This document shows, in pieces, positions 46,876-56,978 of a stretch of 64,000 bases of DNA (positions are counted from its first letter, which is position 1; every line of letters starts with the position of its first letter). Origin of the DNA: a virus (Duplodnaviria > Caudoviricetes). The notes beneath the pieces are model-generated. The model had not been told where the DNA came from. It saw only the letters and a list, made by a program, of their open reading frames with translations, and made no database searches. The position numbers were made by a program, and so were the translations under genes. The stretch covers positions 1-64,000 of the IMG/VR virus record IMGVR_UViG_2513237098_000002. One strand, given 5' to 3'.

Positions 46876-47658
46876 ATGAGTGATCGCCATATTCGCCGCT
46901 CCGGTGACGAATACCGCGATGCCTTCCTCGAGCTGTTGCCGCAGGGCCAGGCTTGGCCGAAGCACACGATCGACAGCGTGCTCTGGCAAACGTGCGACGG
47001 CCTCTGTCAATATTGGGGCACGGTCGACGGCCGCGCCGCCGATCTCCTCGAGCGCGAGAGCGACCCGCGCATCACCATGGAGCTGTTGCCGGACTGGGAG
47101 CGCAATTGGGGTCTGCCCGATCCATGCTACGCCGAGCCGCAAACCATCGGCGAACGACAGCGCGCCTTGGTGCAGCGGATGACGCTGTGGGGCGCGCAGT
47201 CGCGCCAATTCTACATCGATTTCGCGGCCCAGCTCGGCTACGGAATCACGATCTCCGAATTTCGCACCTTCGAATGCGGGCTCGATCGCTGCGGGGACAG
47301 CCGCGTCGTTGGCGACGGCTCCAACCCGATGTTTCACGACAATTTCGTGCGCGGCTATCTGCCGGTCTACAACCCGAACGGCGAACGCATCGCCGATGGC
47401 GAATTATCGGAATGGCCGAACTACGGATTGGGGCCGCCGGAGAACCGTTACTATTGGACGGTGCATGTCCACACCACCAGCCTGGTCTGGTTTCGCTGTG
47501 GTGGCGGTGGCGGCCAGACCGGCATCGATCCGCACTTACGTATCCGTCGCGCTGAGGATTTGGAGTGCGTCTTGGAGCGCTGGAAGCCGGGCCACACGAT
47601 AATCATTTGGGATTATTCCGGCCTACAGCCGAGCGATCCGATGGCGGGCACGCCGTAA
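46876..47658 (+). CDS. Baseplate wedge (Mu gp48/YmfQ-like)
   Basis: LLPQGQAWP; ELLPDWERNWGLPDPC; LECVLERWKPGHT. Confidence 0.88.
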   Translation: MSDRHIRRSGDEYRDAFLELLPQGQAWPKHTIDSVLWQTCDGLCQYWGTVDGRAADLLERESDPRITMELLPDWERNWGLPDPCYAEPQTIGERQRALVQRMTLWGAQSRQFYIDFAAQLGYGITISEFRTFECGLDRCGDSRVVGDGSNPMFHDNFVRGYLPVYNPNGERIADGELSEWPNYGLGPPENRYYWTVHVHTTSLVWFRCGGGGGQTGIDPHLRIRRAEDLECVLERWKPGHTIIIWDYSGLQPSDPMAGTP

Positions 47659-47730
47659 CGGCTCATTGAACCCTTCTCGACCTGAAACACGGTGGCCCCG
47701 GCGCGGGCCGCCGCAAAAGGACGCGCGCGC

Positions 47731-48777
47731 ATGAAGTACAATCAGCCCTACGGTTTGGCAGAAGAGGACGTGCTCTATAGCGTTCCCTTCGTGAACGGCG
47801 ATCCCTCGATCGGCCGCGCCGGCTCGATCCCGCCAGCGGAGAGTATCGAATACGACCAGCGCGAGATCATCGCGGTGATCCAGTGGGCCTACGACCACGG
47901 CTACGTGGACTACGCCGCGCAGCTCTGTCAGGCCCCGACCAACGCCGACCTGACGCAACTGCTTAAGGCAATCTGGGGTCTCGTCAATTCGCGCTTTCTG
48001 CAAGCGCCGCGCGACTACTATGTGAATGCCGTTACTGGGAACGACGCCAACGACGGGCTCTCCGCTGCCAAGCCGTTCAAGACCTTACAGAAGGCGCAGG
48101 ACACCTTGGTGCGGTTCAATTTGAACGGCTACAACGTTACCGTCCATGTCGCGGCAGGCACCTACGCGCCGGTCAATATCGGCTCAATCGGTGGCGCTGG
48201 AACGGTCTCGTATGTCGGGGACACGTCCAACCCGGCCAACTGCCTGATCGCAGCAAGCGTCGGCCCTTCTGTCGGCGTGATCGGGACCGGCGACTATCGC
48301 TTCTATGGCTTCAAGTGTACATCGGCGGCGAATGACGTGGGCGTCCCGTCAACCTGCTTCTGGGTGTGGGGCACCGCGACCGTCGCTCTATATCAAATCG
48401 AGTTCGGCGCGACCATCGACGCCCACATGATCACGGTCAACGGCGGCTACATCGGGTGCTTCGGGCCGTTCAAGGTCACGGGAAACACCAACAACCATTA
48501 TTATTGCGGTAGCGGTGGGCGCATTCTCAACACGACCTATGCGCCAGCGCTGCTGGCCTTGACGATCCCCAATCCAATCACCGTGACCCGTTGGGTCTAT
48601 TGCGACGGTGCCAGCGGCACCGTCATGAAGTACGGCACCATCACCGGCTTCGCCAATGTCACCGGCCAAAAATATACCGCCGTGCAAAACAGCATCATCG
48701 ATAGCGTGGGAGGCGGCATCAACTATCTGCCCGGAACGATTGCCGGTACAACCGCGAGCGGAGGACAGTACACATGA
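47731..48777 (+). CDS. Tail fibre/proximal protein
   Basis: DQREII...DLTQLLKAI; YYVNAVTGNDANDGLSAAKPFKTLQKA. Confidence 0.8.
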   Translation: MKYNQPYGLAEEDVLYSVPFVNGDPSIGRAGSIPPAESIEYDQREIIAVIQWAYDHGYVDYAAQLCQAPTNADLTQLLKAIWGLVNSRFLQAPRDYYVNAVTGNDANDGLSAAKPFKTLQKAQDTLVRFNLNGYNVTVHVAAGTYAPVNIGSIGGAGTVSYVGDTSNPANCLIAASVGPSVGVIGTGDYRFYGFKCTSAANDVGVPSTCFWVWGTATVALYQIEFGATIDAHMITVNGGYIGCFGPFKVTGNTNNHYYCGSGGRILNTTYAPALLALTIPNPITVTRWVYCDGASGTVMKYGTITGFANVTGQKYTAVQNSIIDSVGGGINYLPGTIAGTTASGGQYT

Positions 48778-49370
48778 GCGCCTATGATCCTTACAATTGG
48801 TACTGGCTCGCCGACGATGCGCGGCTGTTCGCCAGCGCGACCTCGGCGCTGATCCAGTCCGACGATCCGGCCTATGTGGCGTGGACGCAGCAGGGCAACG
48901 CCGCAACACCGTGGCCAAGGGATGACGCCGGGGAGCAGACGCCCGCCGAGCTGCAGCGCGCGCTGTTTCCGTATCGCATCCACGTCGATCTGAAATCCTA
49001 CGCCTTCATGGTGCGCGAGCAGAAGGAACTGGGCGGCATGCCGGTGACCGGCATCGCGGGCTTGACGGAAATCCGCACCGGTCCTTCGACGCAGACCTTG
49101 CTTGAGCGCTATCACTCGGTCGCCGCCGCCGACCCGCAATTCACCGTCACGTGGGTGCAGCCGGATCGCAGCACCGTCACGCTGGACGCGACCGCCATCA
49201 ACAGCCTGTGGAGCCAGCTCGCGACGTTCATCGCCGGCACTTACGATTCCTACGCTCAGGCGGTCTCCGGCGTCGACGGCGGTACCATCACGACCACGGG
49301 GCAGATCGATGCCATCTTTGGCGTGACGCTGCAGCGGGCTCAAAAAGTGGACATCGGCTGGACGTCGTGA
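48774..49370 (+). CDS. Fibre assembly protein (DUF4376-like)
   Basis: YNWYWLADD; LKSYAFMVREQKELGG. Confidence 0.65.
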   Translation: MSAYDPYNWYWLADDARLFASATSALIQSDDPAYVAWTQQGNAATPWPRDDAGEQTPAELQRALFPYRIHVDLKSYAFMVREQKELGGMPVTGIAGLTEIRTGPSTQTLLERYHSVAAADPQFTVTWVQPDRSTVTLDATAINSLWSQLATFIAGTYDSYAQAVSGVDGGTITTTGQIDAIFGVTLQRAQKVDIGWTS

Positions 49371-49371
49371 C

Positions 49372-49725
49372 ATGGCCATCGTCAACATCACGACCATCAA
49401 CGACGCCGACTTCTATCGCAGCTTCATCTACAAGACGGTTGCTGACGTGCCGATTGATCTGACCGGCGTGCAGCTGCGCATGATGCTGCGCAAGCGCGCC
49501 ACCGACGTCACCGTGTGGCTGCACCTGTCGAATGGCGACGAAGGCGGCATCACCATCATCGATGCGGCGGCCGGGCGGTTCAGCGTGCTGATCACACAGG
49601 CGCAGCTGGAGCGGTTACCGATCGATGAGTACGAGCACTCGCTGGTCATGACCTCGGCGGGCGGCACCGAGCAAACCTCGGTGTGGCGCGGCACGCTGAC
49701 CAATCAGGCGGGGCCGTCGCGATGA
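49372..49725 (+). CDS. BppU-like Ig-fold baseplate/fibre protein
   Basis: PIDLTG..LRMMLRK...GRFSVLIT. Confidence 0.7.
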   Translation: MAIVNITTINDADFYRSFIYKTVADVPIDLTGVQLRMMLRKRATDVTVWLHLSNGDEGGITIIDAAAGRFSVLITQAQLERLPIDEYEHSLVMTSAGGTEQTSVWRGTLTNQAGPSR

Positions 49726-51527
49726 CCGACATGGACATCGTGACCGAACCGGTCTCCGATGTTGAGGTCATCAACGACAGCGACGTCGATGTGATCCTCG
49801 TCCCCGAGCAGGGACCGCCCGGACAACAGGGACCGCCCGGTCCGCAGGGGATACAGGGACCGGTCGGCCCGATGGGTCCGCAGGGGCCAACGGGCACATC
49901 CGGCAACACCGTGCGCTATGGCGCGACCGATCCGACCGCAAGCGTCGGCGTCAACGGCGACTTCTACGTCAACACCACCACGCATTTCATGTTCGGCCCG
50001 AAGGCGGGCGGCGCATGGCCAGCAGGCACCTCGCTCGTCGGGCCGCAGGGACCGCAAGGCCCTCAGGGCATTCAGGGCGTGCAGGGACCGCAGGGCACTC
50101 AGGGCGTGCCCGGAGCCGATGGCAACACAGTGCTTTATGGCACCAGCGATCCGGCAGCGGGCGTCGGCGTCAACGGCAACTTTTACATCAACACGACCAC
50201 GCATTTCATGTTCGGCCCGAAGGCTGGCGGCGTGTGGCCCGCTGGCACCTCGCTGGTCGGGCCGCAGGGTCCGCAAGGCATTCAAGGCCCGCCGGGGGTC
50301 GGAAGTCCGGCGACTGCGCTGCCATTGATCGATGGTGTTGCAGCGGTCGGCGTCTCGACCAACTTCGCGCGCGAGGATCACATCCACCCGTCCGACGTGG
50401 CGGCGCAGGCGGTGCGTTTCGATGTCGCGCAGTCACTGACGGCGGCACAGCAACAGCAGGCGCGGCAGAACGTCTACGCCGCCCCGTTCGATGCGCTGGC
50501 GTTCAACGGCATGCAGATCAACGGCGGGATGGAGGTCAGCCAGCAATTCGGCACGGGCGGCGTTGCAGTCCCCGGTTATCCGGTCGATGGTTGGTATTAC
50601 AGCAAGGTCGGCACTGCCGTCGTGGGCATAGGCCAGTACGCCTTTGGCGCTTCGGGTTTCGGCTTCAACAACCTGCTGGCGCTGACCGTTTCGACGGGGC
50701 AGGCGGCGATGGCGGCGGGCGATGTCTTCCTCCTCCAGCAAGTCATCGAGGGGTTTCGCGTGGCGCGGCTGGCGTGGGGCACGTCGGGGGCGCAGCCGAT
50801 CACCATCGGCTTCTGGACCGCGCATGCACGGCCCGGTCTCTACTGCGGTGCGGTTCGCAACATCGCGGCCGCGCGCTCCTATGTCTTCACCTACACCCAG
50901 AACGCGGCGGGTGTGTACGAGTACAAGACGGTGACGATCCCCGGCGACACAACCGGGACCTGGAACAAGGACAACAGCAACGGCCTGTCGGTCACCTTTG
51001 CGATAGCGTGCGGAACGACCTTCACCGCGCCTTCTGCCAACAGTTGGCTCGCCGGAAATTTCGTCGCCGCGCCCGGTCAGGTCAACGGTGTCGGGGCCAC
51101 CAGCGATGTCTTCCGCCTGACCGGCGTGATGGTGTTACCGGGCGTTGAGGCACCACCCTCTGCCCGCACACCGTTTATCATGCGCTCGTATGATCAGGAG
51201 CTAACGATTTGCCAGCGCTATCTCCAAGCGCCGCTTACCACTAATTACGGTCTGTCGGGCTACCTTGCGGCGGCCAACATTGCGCGCATCTCTGTTCCGT
51301 TCCGCACGGTGATGAGGGCAGCTCCGACGTTATTGGTTGTGAATGTAGGACTATGCATTGTCAATTGGAGTGGAGGCAATCCCGCTGCAACCAGCGCCTC
51401 GCTGCTTCAATCTGGCCTTGGTGCAGCCGGTGTCGATCTCACTTGCGCTGGTTCTACATTCTCAGTCGGTCAAGGCTGCGTTGCAGGCATGCCAGCCGTT
51501 TCGCTCCTTTTCGATGCGAGGCTCTGA
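49722..51527 (+). CDS. Tail fibre with collagen segments
   Basis: GPQG repeats; FAREDHIHP; QQQQARQNV; [13 protein letters not shown]. Confidence 0.85.
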   Translation: MTDMDIVTEPVSDVEVINDSDVDVILVPEQGPPGQQGPPGPQGIQGPVGPMGPQGPTGTSGNTVRYGATDPTASVGVNGDFYVNTTTHFMFGPKAGGAWPAGTSLVGPQGPQGPQGIQGVQGPQGTQGVPGADGNTVLYGTSDPAAGVGVNGNFYINTTTHFMFGPKAGGVWPAGTSLVGPQGPQGIQGPPGVGSPATALPLIDGVAAVGVSTNFAREDHIHPSDVAAQAVRFDVAQSLTAAQQQQARQNVYAAPFDALAFNGMQINGGMEVSQQFGTGGVAVPGYPVDGWYYSKVGTAVVGIGQYAFGASGFGFNNLLALTVSTGQAAMAAGDVFLLQQVIEGFRVARLAWGTSGAQPITIGFWTAHARPGLYCGAVRNIAAARSYVFTYTQNAAGVYEYKTVTIPGDTTGTWNKDNSNGLSVTFAIACGTTFTAPSANSWLAGNFVAAPGQVNGVGATSDVFRLTGVMVLPGVEAPPSARTPFIMRSYDQELTICQRYLQAPLTTNYGLSGYLAAANIARISVPFRTVMRAAPTLLVVNVGLCIVNWSGGNPAATSASLLQSGLGAAGVDLTCAGSTFSVGQGCVAGMPAVSLLFDARL

Positions 51528-51736
51528 TGGCGGACTATCAGCTCACCGCAACCGACATCGTGATCCGCACCGCCGATGGCGCGTACATCCCGAACGATCC
51601 CGCCAACCGCGATTGGCAGGAGTATCAGGACTGGCTCGCGGCCGGCGGCGTGCCCGATCCGGTGAAGCCGCCGATCAATCCGCAGCTCGACACCAAGCCC
51701 GCAAAGACAGCCGCTGAAATCTTGGGAGCAACCTAA
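51527..51736 (+). CDS. Small fibre-associated protein
   Basis: IRTADGAYIPNDPANRDWQEYQDWLAAGG. Confidence 0.8.
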   Translation: MADYQLTATDIVIRTADGAYIPNDPANRDWQEYQDWLAAGGVPDPVKPPINPQLDTKPAKTAAEILGAT

Positions 51737-52066
51737 ATGTCCGCGCTCGACCAGATTGCCACGGCCTCCGATCCGACCTTCGCCGGTCGCGTCATGATGC
51801 TGATGTTCAAGACCGCGCAGAACGTCGCCAGCGAGGACCCGGCCACCGCCAACCACGCCGAACGCATCAACTACGCAGGCTTGGTGATCCGGGGCGAGGA
51901 GAAGCCGCAGCTGGTCGCCGCCCACGTCATCTCATCGAACCCCACCATCTCGGCAGCCATCGAAAGCGACCCGGCGGCGCTGGGCTCCAACGTGCCCGAC
52001 GGCGACATCGAGTTCGCGCTGGCCTCGATTTGGGACGCGCGTTCGCTGGCGTTTGCGGCGGCTTGA
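51737..52066 (+). CDS. Hypothetical late protein
   Basis: Operonic, typical codon usage. Confidence 0.7.
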   Translation: MSALDQIATASDPTFAGRVMMLMFKTAQNVASEDPATANHAERINYAGLVIRGEEKPQLVAAHVISSNPTISAAIESDPAALGSNVPDGDIEFALASIWDARSLAFAAA

Positions 52067-52179
52067 TAGACGCCCTGACGGAGGAAGAAAAAGAAGAGCT
52101 GCGCCTGCTGCGCGCGGTGGTGATCTGGGCGATAGCCATGGCCGCAGTGATCCTGCTCGGCATGTGGGCATTGTCCTGA
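52063..52179 (+). CDS. Single-TM peptide (38 aa)
   Basis: Manual translation from TTG: acidic N-terminus then VVIWAIAMAAVILLGMWALS. Confidence 0.4.
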   Translation: MIDALTEEEKEELRLLRAVVIWAIAMAAVILLGMWALS

Positions 52180-52282
52180 ATGAATCGGACGGCGTCGCCA
52201 TTCGGGCGGCGTCGGGACCGATCCTGGAGTGAAAGGCAAGCTAAACCTGCTTCTTTGTTTAACTCCCAAACGCGACTCCTTT

Positions 52283-52310
52283 AGCCCTCGCTTCGGCGAG
52301 GGCTTTTTTT
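52283..52310 (+). terminator. Rho-independent terminator ending the late operon
   Basis: agccctcgc-ttcg-gcgagggct then T6. Confidence 0.88.
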
Positions 52311-52343
52311 GTGGCCGGAAAAACCAACACGAACGACAGTCGA

Positions 52344-52625
52344 TCACAGCCACACCTCAACGATCTGCGGCTGGTCGCCTTCCATCCGTGCCAGCGGCGT
52401 CAGCCCGGAACGGGCGAGACATTCGTGCAGCGGCTCCAGTTCATGGGCCACAATGATGTCGTCGGTCGGCACCGGCTCCGGAGTGCCCTTGCCGGATTCA
52501 AACCGTCGTGCCACGAACGCAGCGGGAAAGTCGCGCGGGTGGTCGAAGACCGTCCACGTCGACAGCATACCCCGCTGCGCGGCCTCCCACTGGCGCGTCA
52601 TCACGAGCTGAACCGGGTCCCTCAC
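52344..52625 (-). CDS. Accessory protein, paralog 1 (WxxFDHPxDxP family)
   Basis: WTVFDHPRDFPAAFVARRF...DQPQIVEVW. Confidence 0.75.
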   Translation of the reverse strand: MRDPVQLVMTRQWEAAQRGMLSTWTVFDHPRDFPAAFVARRFESGKGTPEPVPTDDIIVAHELEPLHECLARSGLTPLARMEGDQPQIVEVWL

Positions 52626-52846
52626 GGCTGCACACCCAGCCGCTTCGCAATCGCGGTTGCTGTCGGATTGTTGAGCGCGTCGCGGAAGTCGGCCGGGTCG
52701 AGTTTGTCGGCATATTTCCGTGCCACCTCCAGCATCCGCAAGCTCAATCTTCTCGATGCGGCCGTGTTGCCAGCGACGATAGCCTGCTCGGACGCGATCA
52801 GTAGCGGCTCAAGCTCGGCGATGAATTGTTGCTTCAGGTGCGTCAT
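52622..52846 (-). CDS. Hypothetical protein
   Basis: MTHLKQQF start, overlapping junctions. Confidence 0.6.
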   Translation of the reverse strand: MTHLKQQFIAELEPLLIASEQAIVAGNTAASRRLSLRMLEVARKYADKLDPADFRDALNNPTATAIAKRLGVQP

Positions 52847-53274
52847 GCGTGACCCTCTTCCTTCGGCGCGTAGAGCGACACCAGATTGACCGCGTACTCG
52901 CCGGGGGCGTATTCCTCCATCCACATCTTGTCGGCCGGGAACGGGACGCCGAACTCCTTGGCAATCATCTTCACCGCCTCCGGGTTCGGGCACGCGCCTT
53001 TTGTCGAGCGGCCCACGACGCTGACCGAGAGGTGCGCGCAGAGACCGGCGGGCTGATCCTCAATCGAGAACGCGGCGCGGAAGCCGCCGGGGAAAACGAC
53101 GTGTTGCGACGCCGGACGTTCGTAACCGGCCTTGCGGTCTTTTAGCTCCAAGACATCGGTATCGGCGACCATGCCGTCGCGGAGCGTTTCAAACGACAGC
53201 GGGTGGGCCTTGGCGTAGGCGACGAGTTCGGCAATCTTTTCGCGCTCAGTCGCACCAATCATCAGTACAGCCAT
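52843..53274 (-). CDS. Hypothetical protein
   Basis: AFSIEDQP...HLSVSV motif. Confidence 0.7.
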   Translation of the reverse strand: MAVLMIGATEREKIAELVAYAKAHPLSFETLRDGMVADTDVLELKDRKAGYERPASQHVVFPGGFRAAFSIEDQPAGLCAHLSVSVVGRSTKGACPNPEAVKMIAKEFGVPFPADKMWMEEYAPGEYAVNLVSLYAPKEEGHA

Positions 53275-53305
53275 TGGTCTCTCTCACTCGATAATCTTCA
53301 CGGTA

Positions 53306-53572
53306 TCATCCCAAATCGCCGTCATCGTCTGACTGCATCCCTCGTTCTGTCAGCCAACGTTTCGAGTGCATCCGCGCCTCCAGCGGCAGACTGACGACCG
53401 CGGTGCGCGCCTTGTGCATCATGATCTCAAGCACCTCGCGTGACGGACAGGGAACGCCCGGTCGCGCCAGGCGGAAGAAGTACGCGCAGCGATCTATGTC
53501 CAGCGACATAAGCATCTTGTTGCGCTCCTCGTTGAACCGCTTAACCGCTGCGTTTTGCTCTTCGGTGTTCAT
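53306..53572 (-). CDS. Hypothetical protein
   Basis: SD GGGAG; operonic. Confidence 0.65.
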   Translation of the reverse strand: MNTEEQNAAVKRFNEERNKMLMSLDIDRCAYFFRLARPGVPCPSREVLEIMMHKARTAVVSLPLEARMHSKRWLTERGMQSDDDGDLG

Positions 53573-53639
53573 TCATCGTCTCCCGTCAATTTAAACGCGT
53601 GCGCCGGCGGCAATTCCTTTCTGGAATTGCCGGGGCCCG

Positions 53640-53840
53640 CTAGGAGCGAGGCAGCGCGATCTTGGCGGAGGCACTTTTTGGTTTTTGATTTTGCCGTTCT
53701 GCTTCCAGGACCGCCGAACGCGTCGCATCCAGCGACTTCTTAAAGTGGGCCAACGTGGCAATTGTTCTATTGATGATTGTTTGTTTTGCGTTAACGCGCG
53801 AGAGCGCGCGCGAAAGCTCATGGCGTTCTTTCGCACCCAT
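53640..53840 (-). CDS. Small helical protein
   Basis: MGAKERHELSRAL... Confidence 0.45.
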   Translation of the reverse strand: MGAKERHELSRALSRVNAKQTIINRTIATLAHFKKSLDATRSAVLEAERQNQKPKSASAKIALPRS

Positions 53841-53849
53841 TCCAATTGC

Positions 53850-54011
53850 CTATTCCAAGTAAACACCGAAGGCTTTTCGCAGTGCCTTCATCACTGCAAT
53901 CCGACGTGTGTTGCGCACGCGGAAATCCTCTGACCTGCGCCAATTCAGTTCGGGCCGGTCCAAATCGGACATCACCGCCAAGTCGCCGAGATGGAAATGA
54001 GGCATGGGCAT
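53850..54011 (-). CDS. Small hypothetical protein
   Basis: MPMPHFHLGDL... Confidence 0.4.
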   Translation of the reverse strand: MPMPHFHLGDLAVMSDLDRPELNWRRSEDFRVRNTRRIAVMKALRKAFGVYLE

Positions 54012-54195
54012 CTGCAAGGTTCTTCGTAAAAAAACGCGAGGCAGGTCCGGCTCGTCATGGCAACTTACCGTTCCCGCCCCGCGCCTCAACAACGACTGAC
54101 TGGGGTCTGGGGGCAGAGGCAGGTCAGTCGCCGTCGATCTCTTCGACCATTTCGTGCATTCGGAATTTGATCAATCGGAAGATCGGTTTCATTGC

Positions 54196-54417
54196 CTACC
54201 ACTCCCGATCCTTGACGCGCCGGTTCAGCGTCCAGCGCTGGCTGGCTGGATGCCATTCGCCTTCGAAGTAGGCCTTCGGATCGGTGCCCATCAGTTTCAG
54301 GATCGTGTAGTCGAGCTTTTGTTGCGTGACGTGCTTCTGATGGCGGTCATAGATCAGGGCAGGCGCCTTCGGATCATTGCTGGCCAACGGCACCTGGACT
54401 TTGACAATTTCGGTCAT
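54196..54417 (-). CDS. Hypothetical protein
   Basis: IVKVQVPL...ALIYD...KAYFEGEW. Confidence 0.7.
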   Translation of the reverse strand: MTEIVKVQVPLASNDPKAPALIYDRHQKHVTQQKLDYTILKLMGTDPKAYFEGEWHPASQRWTLNRRVKDREW

Positions 54418-54449
54418 GACAAATCTCCTGATTCGATCTTCTACCAGCG

Positions 54450-54671
54450 TCATTGCCATCCTCGCTTTAGCATGAAGCCGTGTGCCCATTGCTGGGTGTA
54501 GTCGCAGAACGGACAAATCCAACCGCGCACGGTCGGAAACAGCGCGCCAAGATCGCCACCGACAATGCGATGATTGCCGTCGTTGCGGTTGGGACAGGTA
54601 AACGGATGAAAATTGCCATGACGTTGGTAGAAGTCGAGGTTGACGACTTCGTCGGGGGTGAACGCGCTCAT
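54450..54671 (-). CDS. Zinc-binding hypothetical protein
   Basis: HPFTCP...GWICPFCDYTQQWAH. Confidence 0.75.
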   Translation of the reverse strand: MSAFTPDEVVNLDFYQRHGNFHPFTCPNRNDGNHRIVGGDLGALFPTVRGWICPFCDYTQQWAHGFMLKRGWQ

Positions 54672-54898
54672 GATGCGCGTCCAATTTTCCAATCGACGAC
54701 GAAGACCGGCACGCCGGGCAGGTGCGACCACTCGACGAAATAGCCCAAGCCGACGTCCGGATGCGAGATTGAGCCGAGCACCTTGCCGCGCGTGCCAATT
54801 GGATTGGCGTCGCGTGGCTCAGACTCGACCTTGACGATCTGTGTGCCGTTCGGCAGCGCGCCTGGCGCCTGCTTGGTGCTGAAGATGATACGCGTCAT
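54668..54898 (-). CDS. SH3-like small protein
   Basis: GTRGKVLGS...GYFVEWS. Confidence 0.65.
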   Translation of the reverse strand: MTRIIFSTKQAPGALPNGTQIVKVESEPRDANPIGTRGKVLGSISHPDVGLGYFVEWSHLPGVPVFVVDWKIGRAS

Positions 54899-55068
54899 TG
54901 CTCACCCCGCAGTCGGGCTTTCATCTCGGCAGGCATGTCTGGCATCATCTCCCGGATGACGCGGCAAACGCCGCACACGTTGATGCCGTCGTGGGTGCCG
55001 AAGTTAATGATGGTGCGGCAGCATTCTTCGCAGATGAATTCGACGCAGGCTTCTTTTTGTGGGCTCAT
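54895..55068 (-). CDS. Small zinc-ribbon protein (57 aa)
   Basis: Manual translation MSPQKEACVEFICEECCRTI...CGVCR. Confidence 0.55.
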   Translation of the reverse strand: MSPQKEACVEFICEECCRTIINFGTHDGINVCGVCRVIREMMPDMPAEMKARLRGEQ

Positions 55069-55070
55069 GG

Positions 55071-55289
55071 CTAAAACCAGTTTTCAAGGATCTGTGGTTC
55101 ATCGGCGAAGTCGCGCGGCAAGCGCATCAAACCGCGATGGAGGAGGGACCGACGCAAATCGGTGAGATCGGATGACCGGATCGTGCACTGGGTGGCGTGG
55201 TCGCCGTCAACGCTGACAAGAAACTTTCGAGCGATATACCCGACCGGGTAATCGGTGGGATGATCGAAAATGACCCAGATGGCAAGCAT
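55071..55289 (-). CDS. Accessory protein, paralog 2 (WxxFDHPxDxP family)
   Basis: WVIFDHPTDYPVGYIARKF...DEPQILENW. Confidence 0.75.
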   Translation of the reverse strand: MLAIWVIFDHPTDYPVGYIARKFLVSVDGDHATQCTIRSSDLTDLRRSLLHRGLMRLPRDFADEPQILENWF

Positions 55290-55603
55290 TATGCCGACCC
55301 CCTCGAACGCGCGACACGTAACTCGAATTCTCGAGCGAACTTGCGCAGTTCCTGGTCGATCAAGTCCATCTTGTGCAGATCGGCCGGCGTCGGCTCGCGG
55401 TCGGAATCCATGATCACCATGATGCTGCTAAACAGATGCTGTGCCCCGGCGAAAAACGCCATGCGCATTTCATCGAGCTGATCCTTCGGCGCGTTGGGAT
55501 GCAGCACCGCCAAACGGAGGCCGACCCAACCGGCTTCGATCAGCAAGCCATTGTCAGCGAGTTCTTTGGACAGACGTTCCAGGTGCGCACGGTCAGCCAT
55601 CAT
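55289..55603 (-). CDS. Hypothetical phage protein
   Basis: QLDEMRMAFFAGAQHLF motif. Confidence 0.75.
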   Translation of the reverse strand: MMADRAHLERLSKELADNGLLIEAGWVGLRLAVLHPNAPKDQLDEMRMAFFAGAQHLFSSIMVIMDSDREPTPADLHKMDLIDQELRKFAREFELRVARSRGSA

Positions 55604-55815
55604 TGAACTTCCTGTGCTGCTCGCTGCCGCGTGGTGCGCGGCGTATCGAGGTGAGATCGATGTCGATCAGCGGCAAAGCAGTGATCGCAAATGAAAAACC
55701 ACCGGTTCTCCGGGTCGCGCCAGATGCCCTTGGCGGCGTGGCACAGGACGCAATCCCGCTTGTGGGACGTGGCGCGCGCGATGAAGCGGCGGCGGGTGCT
55801 GGTGTTGTCGGTCAT
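55600..55815 (-). CDS. Small zinc-binding protein
   Basis: CVLC...ICDHC. Confidence 0.55.
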   Translation of the reverse strand: MTDNTSTRRRFIARATSHKRDCVLCHAAKGIWRDPENRWFFICDHCFAADRHRSHLDTPRTTRQRAAQEVQ

Positions 55816-55831
55816 TCCTCGGCCTCGGTCG

Positions 55832-56311
55832 CTATGAGGACAGTTTCCGTCGCGGCAGCAATCCCACCAAGCGGCCTTCAGTCGTGCCCTGCTCGAGGGA
55901 GTAGAATTGCAGGGGGCCGAGGCGCGGCTTGGCGTCGTCCTTGCGAAGAATTAACCGGGTCGCCATCGTCAAGCCTTCTTTCTCGTCTTCACCCGAGAAC
56001 ATCAGCACCTCCACGCGCCTGGGATGAGAGTTGGCGCCGAAACGATGCAGACGTTCGTGATCTTCGGCGCTCAACTCGCCACCGACCATCCAACCCTCGT
56101 CGATGAAGACGACGCGGCTGGCATTCACCGTCTTCAAGACCACGCGAATCAAACTTGCGATCATGTCTTTATCGTTCTCCGGCGGGATCGTGATGACGAC
56201 GTCCTCGCCTTCGCCGTCGACGAAATGAAGGATCGGCCTGATTGAGCCCATTCGTTCGAAGCGCTCGCCAACCAGCTCTGACGCGATCTCGATGAATTCG
56301 TGCAAGCCCAT
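55832..56311 (-). CDS. Hypothetical phage protein
   Basis: VVFIDEGWM...RVEVLMF. Confidence 0.7.
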   Translation of the reverse strand: MGLHEFIEIASELVGERFERMGSIRPILHFVDGEGEDVVITIPPENDKDMIASLIRVVLKTVNASRVVFIDEGWMVGGELSAEDHERLHRFGANSHPRRVEVLMFSGEDEKEGLTMATRLILRKDDAKPRLGPLQFYSLEQGTTEGRLVGLLPRRKLSS

Positions 56312-56329
56312 TTTGCATTCCCACGCGCG

Positions 56330-56605
56330 TTATCGGTGTTCCACGTCGTTCAGCTGGCACAGTCGGATGCCTTTGGTGGTCAGCTGATAGATGTCGCAGT
56401 CGATCCGGTACTCGCTCACGTCGGCGCGGGTGATCCAGACAATACAGCCATGACGCATCAACCACGAGACGGCAGGCAGCACATCCTGGTGGAGGAGCGC
56501 GCAAGAGCGTGGGACAGCGATCTTGTCCAGGGCGCTGCGGCGCTCCAGCACCCGACGCACTTGCGGCGTGATCGTTAGCTCTGGTCCATCAGGCTGTGCT
56601 TCCAT
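56330..56605 (-). CDS. Winged-helix-like small protein
   Basis: VSWLMRHGCI...YQLTTKG. Confidence 0.55.
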   Translation of the reverse strand: MEAQPDGPELTITPQVRRVLERRSALDKIAVPRSCALLHQDVLPAVSWLMRHGCIVWITRADVSEYRIDCDIYQLTTKGIRLCQLNDVEHR

Positions 56606-56620
56606 GGCTGTGGGTTTCCT

Positions 56621-56974
56621 CTATCGTTTTTTGCTGTTGGTCTTGGCCTTCTCTCGGGCACGCGCCTGTTGTTCACGCCACTTTGCAGCGGCTTCCAATT
56701 CCTTTTCGAAATCGAGCTTTTCGGTTTTGACGAACTTCTCTTCGTAACCGAGTGCCGACATCGTCGCCATGATGGTGGCGTGCTTCGGGTCCTTGGTGTC
56801 GCCCTCGAACCAGCCATCGAAGGTCGAGAGAGCAACGCCAGACAGCTCGTGCAGCATCTTGCGTTTGTTTTTGGCGAACATCCCTTCGTCCTGGAGAACG
56901 GTTCGCATTTTATCGATCACCGGGTTTTTTGTTTTCCAATTGTAGGTACGGTACGACATGATGAAGCGTGCCAT
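56621..56974 (-). CDS. XRE-HTH protein
   Basis: LHELSGVALSTFDGWFEGDTKDPKHATIMA. Confidence 0.8.
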   Translation of the reverse strand: MARFIMSYRTYNWKTKNPVIDKMRTVLQDEGMFAKNKRKMLHELSGVALSTFDGWFEGDTKDPKHATIMATMSALGYEEKFVKTEKLDFEKELEAAAKWREQQARAREKAKTNSKKR

Positions 56975-56978
56975 GATT

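Noticed and set aside
47731-51527. DGR or invertible tail-fibre switch
   Set aside because: No reverse transcriptase, no adenine-specific TR/VR pair and no invertase; internal repeats are ordinary module duplications.
53591-53866. 91-aa ORF and internal hairpin ggcaattcc/ggaattgcc
   Set aside because: The overlapping frame 53640-53840 looks more protein-like; the hairpin has no U-tract or second copy.
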